DNA of 64,000 nt. Source: an uncultured Verrucomicrobiae bacterium. GTDB taxonomy: Bacteria > Verrucomicrobiota > Verrucomicrobiia > Chthoniobacterales > JAFAMB01. This document shows positions 60,963-64,000 of this stretch, one piece after another. The notes below the pieces were generated by a model. It was given only the letters and a program-made list of their open reading frames with translations. It was not told where the DNA came from and searched no databases. The stretch's first letter is position 1, and each line of letters opens with the position of its first letter. The translations under genes and the position numbers were made by a program. The stretch spans positions 288,001-352,000 of the forward strand of contig CAVXLD010000010.1 of the NCBI GenBank assembly GCA_963762565.1. Direction: 5' to 3'.

Positions 60963-61039
60963 CCTTCTTGCACCTCGTATCCCCTATTGTATCCTGCCAC
61001 CTGCTTCTAGATTCCAGCTTGTAGATCCTATATCCTGAT

Positions 61040-62521
61040 ATGCTCGACACCCTTCGTAAACGGCAAAAAACCCTGCTGATTATCATCACGGGCGTCACCA
61101 TCATAACCTTTATCGTCTTTCTCAACCCCACGACTCGGATGCGAGGTGGTCCCCAAGCCGTCATCGGGACCATCAACGGTCGATCTATCTCCCTCGAGGA
61201 TGTACAGAAGCTGAACAATGTGCAGAGTCTTGCCTACGGTCTCGGTCTCTATGATCTCGTTCAGCATTTATCGCCGGGCCAGAACGAAGCACGGACCCAG
61301 GACGAGCAAGCCCTCGGCTTTGCCTGGAACTTACTGCTCCTAAGAGACGAAGCCAAAGCCCTCCAGGTTGAGCCGTCCGACGACGAGATCCGGAATGCCG
61401 AAAAGGATCTCTCCGTTTTCCAAACCGACGGTCATTTCGACCAGGATAAGTATAAAAAGTTCACGGTGATCGCGAGCATGAGAGGTTTCACTCCTGCTGA
61501 CATCGACAACGTCGTGGCGGACAACCTTCGGGTTCAAAATGTTTATCGCCTGGTTACGGCTGCATCCCCGATTCCCGACTCAATGTTGCGACACGATTAT
61601 GAGCGTGGCCAGTCCAAGATGAATCTCGCCGTGCTGTCATTCAAAGCTGCCGATTTCAAAGACAATCATGATTTCTCCGATGCTGAGGTGAACTCCTACT
61701 ACCAGGATCACAGCAACCGATATGAATTGCCGGAGAAGCGAAAGATTGAATTCGTCGCCTTTACCTTGACCGACAACCAGAAGAAGCTGGAGAACAAAGA
61801 AAAGCAGACTGTACTGAAATCACTGGCGGACAGCGCCGAGGCATTTCAACAAGACGCTTCCGAGCATCCGGCCGATTTCGATAAGGACGCTAAAGCGAAA
61901 GATCTGAAGGTCGACCAAACCGGCATGTTCACCAATAAAGATCCTGATCCGCTGATCGCCAAGGAGACCGGTCTGGTGACAGCCGCCAATAATCTGGGCA
62001 AGGAACAACCGGTGACGGACGTAATTCAGGGCGCTGATGGTTTCTATGTTGCGAAGGTGGTAGATATTGACCCGGCCCACACAGCGCCCCTGGCAGATGT
62101 ACGCGGTGAAGTTGTCGCGGAGATGAAAGCCGACGCTGTGCATGCCGATATTCTGAAGGAGATGAAGGGTGGCGCTAGTTTCTTAGATGCCGCCAAGAAG
62201 GCCGGTGTTACGCCTGAAACTCCGCCGGCTTTCAGTCTGGTTGAAGTAGGTCAAGAGCAGTCTATCGCGCAGCTAATCAGGGAGAACGACCTGGAGTTGG
62301 CTCCTGGAGACACATCAGACGTTCTATCTCAGGGGCAAGACAGTGTGTTCATCCATTTGCTCAGCCGAGATCCAATTGATGAGGCCAAGTACGCCGAGTT
62401 CAAGAAAGCAAATTTGACGGCCATCAACGATCAGTACGGTGACTTCGTGTTCAAGGAATGGCTTAGGGTGGCGCTGCAGAAAGCGGGCGGTTCTCCGTTA
62501 GCCAGGTATCAAGCCAGCTAA
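61040..62521 (+). CDS. SurA-N/PpiD-like membrane-anchored periplasmic chaperone
   Basis: MLDTLRK plus TM helix, GTINGRSI, PSDDEI, FQTDGHFD, PEKRKIEFV. Confidence 0.8.
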   Translation: MLDTLRKRQKTLLIIITGVTIITFIVFLNPTTRMRGGPQAVIGTINGRSISLEDVQKLNNVQSLAYGLGLYDLVQHLSPGQNEARTQDEQALGFAWNLLLLRDEAKALQVEPSDDEIRNAEKDLSVFQTDGHFDQDKYKKFTVIASMRGFTPADIDNVVADNLRVQNVYRLVTAASPIPDSMLRHDYERGQSKMNLAVLSFKAADFKDNHDFSDAEVNSYYQDHSNRYELPEKRKIEFVAFTLTDNQKKLENKEKQTVLKSLADSAEAFQQDASEHPADFDKDAKAKDLKVDQTGMFTNKDPDPLIAKETGLVTAANNLGKEQPVTDVIQGADGFYVAKVVDIDPAHTAPLADVRGEVVAEMKADAVHADILKEMKGGASFLDAAKKAGVTPETPPAFSLVEVGQEQSIAQLIRENDLELAPGDTSDVLSQGQDSVFIHLLSRDPIDEAKYAEFKKANLTAINDQYGDFVFKEWLRVALQKAGGSPLARYQAS

Positions 62522-62664
62522 ATTTCAGAACTAACCAGTTTGGCATTCGTCCCGAATCGCTCTTAGTTCGGCGAGAGCTTCGAACTCCTTTGGCCGGCCA
62601 GACGCGCCGTCCCGCGCTAACTTCCTTCCGGGACAAATTACCTCCCTCATGCGACATTTCTCGC

Positions 62665-63027
62665 ATGGAAGAAATTCCTGAGAGTGTGGCCGACCTGTTT
62701 GATGACGCCAATGGCGATTTGGCGGTCGGCGATCTGCCTTCGGCAATCGAAAAGTATCGGAAGTGCACCGAAATAGAGCCCACCTTTTTCGACGGCTGGC
62801 ACGCTCTGGGAATGGCGCTGATGAAGGACGGACACTACCCCGAAGCAATCGAAGCCGGGAACAAAGCGGTCGATCTCCGGCCAAACGATCAACTGGCTTG
62901 GTCAAGCCTGTCTTTGTTTTACGTCCGAAATCATCAAATCAAAGAAGCCGAGGCTGCCAGCGGCAAAGCTAGAATCCTTTCCTGGGGAGGAAAGGTCGTT
63001 CGAGATACAGATAAACCAAGAAGCTAG
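62665..63027 (+). CDS. Tetratricopeptide repeat protein
   Basis: AIEKYRK..P..FDGWHALGMAL, AVDLRPNDQLAWSSL; ATG 62665. Confidence 0.85.
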   Translation: MEEIPESVADLFDDANGDLAVGDLPSAIEKYRKCTEIEPTFFDGWHALGMALMKDGHYPEAIEAGNKAVDLRPNDQLAWSSLSLFYVRNHQIKEAEAASGKARILSWGGKVVRDTDKPRS

Positions 63028-63193
63028 GAGCTAGAATCTAGGAGCTAGGAGGTGCTGGGTCCGACACCTTGCACCAGCCAAGGATCACCAATGGAACCTT
63101 TTAACTTTTCACTGAGGCTGGGACGCATCCCGTAGGTATAAATTCCCTTCAACCCCGGGGCCCCTCCTAGCTCCTAGATTCTAGCTCCTAGCT
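63022..63193. repeat. Heptamer-arm (AGCTAGG) inverted element
   Basis: 31-bp perfect IR 63022-63052/63163-63193. Confidence 0.85.
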
Positions 63194-63255
63194 CCTTGTT
63201 TGTCTTTTCGACCTTTGCGATCTTGTTGTGCAATTTTTAGGGAGAATTCCATCAG

Positions 63256-64000
63256 GTGAAATATTTCGTTACCACGGCAATCGACTATACGAACGCGGCG
63301 CCGCACATCGGACACGCCTACGAGAAAACCTTGGCCGATGTGATTATCCGTTATCGCCGGACTCAAGGGCCTGCTTTCCTGTTGATCGGAGTCGATCAAC
63401 ATGGCCAAAAGGTGCAGCAGGCGGCCCAGCGAGAAAACATTGCTCCGGCAGATTTTGCTCAGCGCGTCACTGAACAATTCCTGGCTCTTTGGGACAAGTT
63501 AAATATCCAGCGCGATGGCTGGGCAGCTACCACCGATCCCCGGCATAAGCGGGCGGTTCAGAAGGTGTTGCAGGTTCTCCACGATGAAGGAGAACTCTAC
63601 AAAGAGAAATACGCTGGCTACTACAGCGTCCGCCAGGAACAGTTCCTGACTGATAAGGAACGAAACGCCGATGGCGAATTTGGACCCGAATGGGGGGAGG
63701 TCATTCTGCTTGAAGAAGAAAACTGGTATTTCCGTTTAGCCAAGCATAAAGACTGGCTGCAAAACTTCGTTCGTACCCACCCGGATTTCGTAACGCCAGC
63801 GTTTCGACAGGTAGAACTGCTGAATGCGATCGAGCGCCTCAGCGGGGACCTCTGTGTCTCTCGCCCTCAGGAACGGCTTTCCTGGGGTATCGAGTTCCCG
63901 TTTGACAACGAGTACGTGACCTATGTTTGGTTCGACGCCCTGCTCAACTATGTAACTTTTGCAGGTTATGAGGCAGATCCCGGCAGTGACCTGCCTGACT
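63256..64000 (+). CDS. metG: Methionine--tRNA ligase (runs off the window end)
   Basis: From GTG 63256: KYFVTTAIDY..PHIGHAYE, GVDQHGQK, YVWFDALLNY; not in the ORF track because it is open-ended. Confidence 0.93.
   Translation, partial: MKYFVTTAIDYTNAAPHIGHAYEKTLADVIIRYRRTQGPAFLLIGVDQHGQKVQQAAQRENIAPADFAQRVTEQFLALWDKLNIQRDGWAATTDPRHKRAVQKVLQVLHDEGELYKEKYAGYYSVRQEQFLTDKERNADGEFGPEWGEVILLEEENWYFRLAKHKDWLQNFVRTHPDFVTPAFRQVELLNAIERLSGDLCVSRPQERLSWGIEFPFDNEYVTYVWFDALLNYVTFAGYEADPGSDLPD

Noticed and set aside
4501..63193. CRISPR array
   Set aside because: Repeats are dispersed and inverted, not regularly spaced direct repeats with unique spacers; no cas genes seen
63228..63477. ORF-track calls 63228-63473 and 63181-63477
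   Set aside because: They overlap the metG frame starting at 63256

Overview
64-kb chromosomal window (GC mid-50s by eye) from a Gram-negative bacterium; the protein complement suggests Verrucomicrobiota (inference, not tested). The left ~20 kb is accessory: an OmpR/CusR-type two-component pair, an OprB porin, an FrcBCA-like sugar ABC system with ROK regulator, ROK kinase, IMPase, FGGY kinase and a GH172 relic, mntH-usp, an Ada-like repair protein and an ABC-2 exporter. The rest is mainly housekeeping (rpmB, gmd, rph, thrB, lpxK, ruvA, pgsA, moaE, gnd, folD, lysA, metH, UbiA-type prenyltransferase, ndh, nuoD-N, PpiD-like, metG). I see no rRNA, tRNA, CRISPR array or transposase. The most striking signal is non-coding. 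Most larger intergenic gaps hold non-autonomous palindromic elements from several families: GGAG- and GTAG-tagged REP doublets, CGTC-rich arms, inverted 7-10-mer microrepeat arms, MITEs and a ~32-bp CCTG-tagged micro-hairpin. They are inserted into one another like Russian dolls, and both empty and filled versions of the same host site occur in this window. Also notable: a perfect Rex-type operator between divergent ndh and nuoD, a lipoprotein gene flanked by 8-bp direct repeats inside the nuo operon, two small low-complexity secreted peptides, and two homopolymer indels that may be assembly errors.
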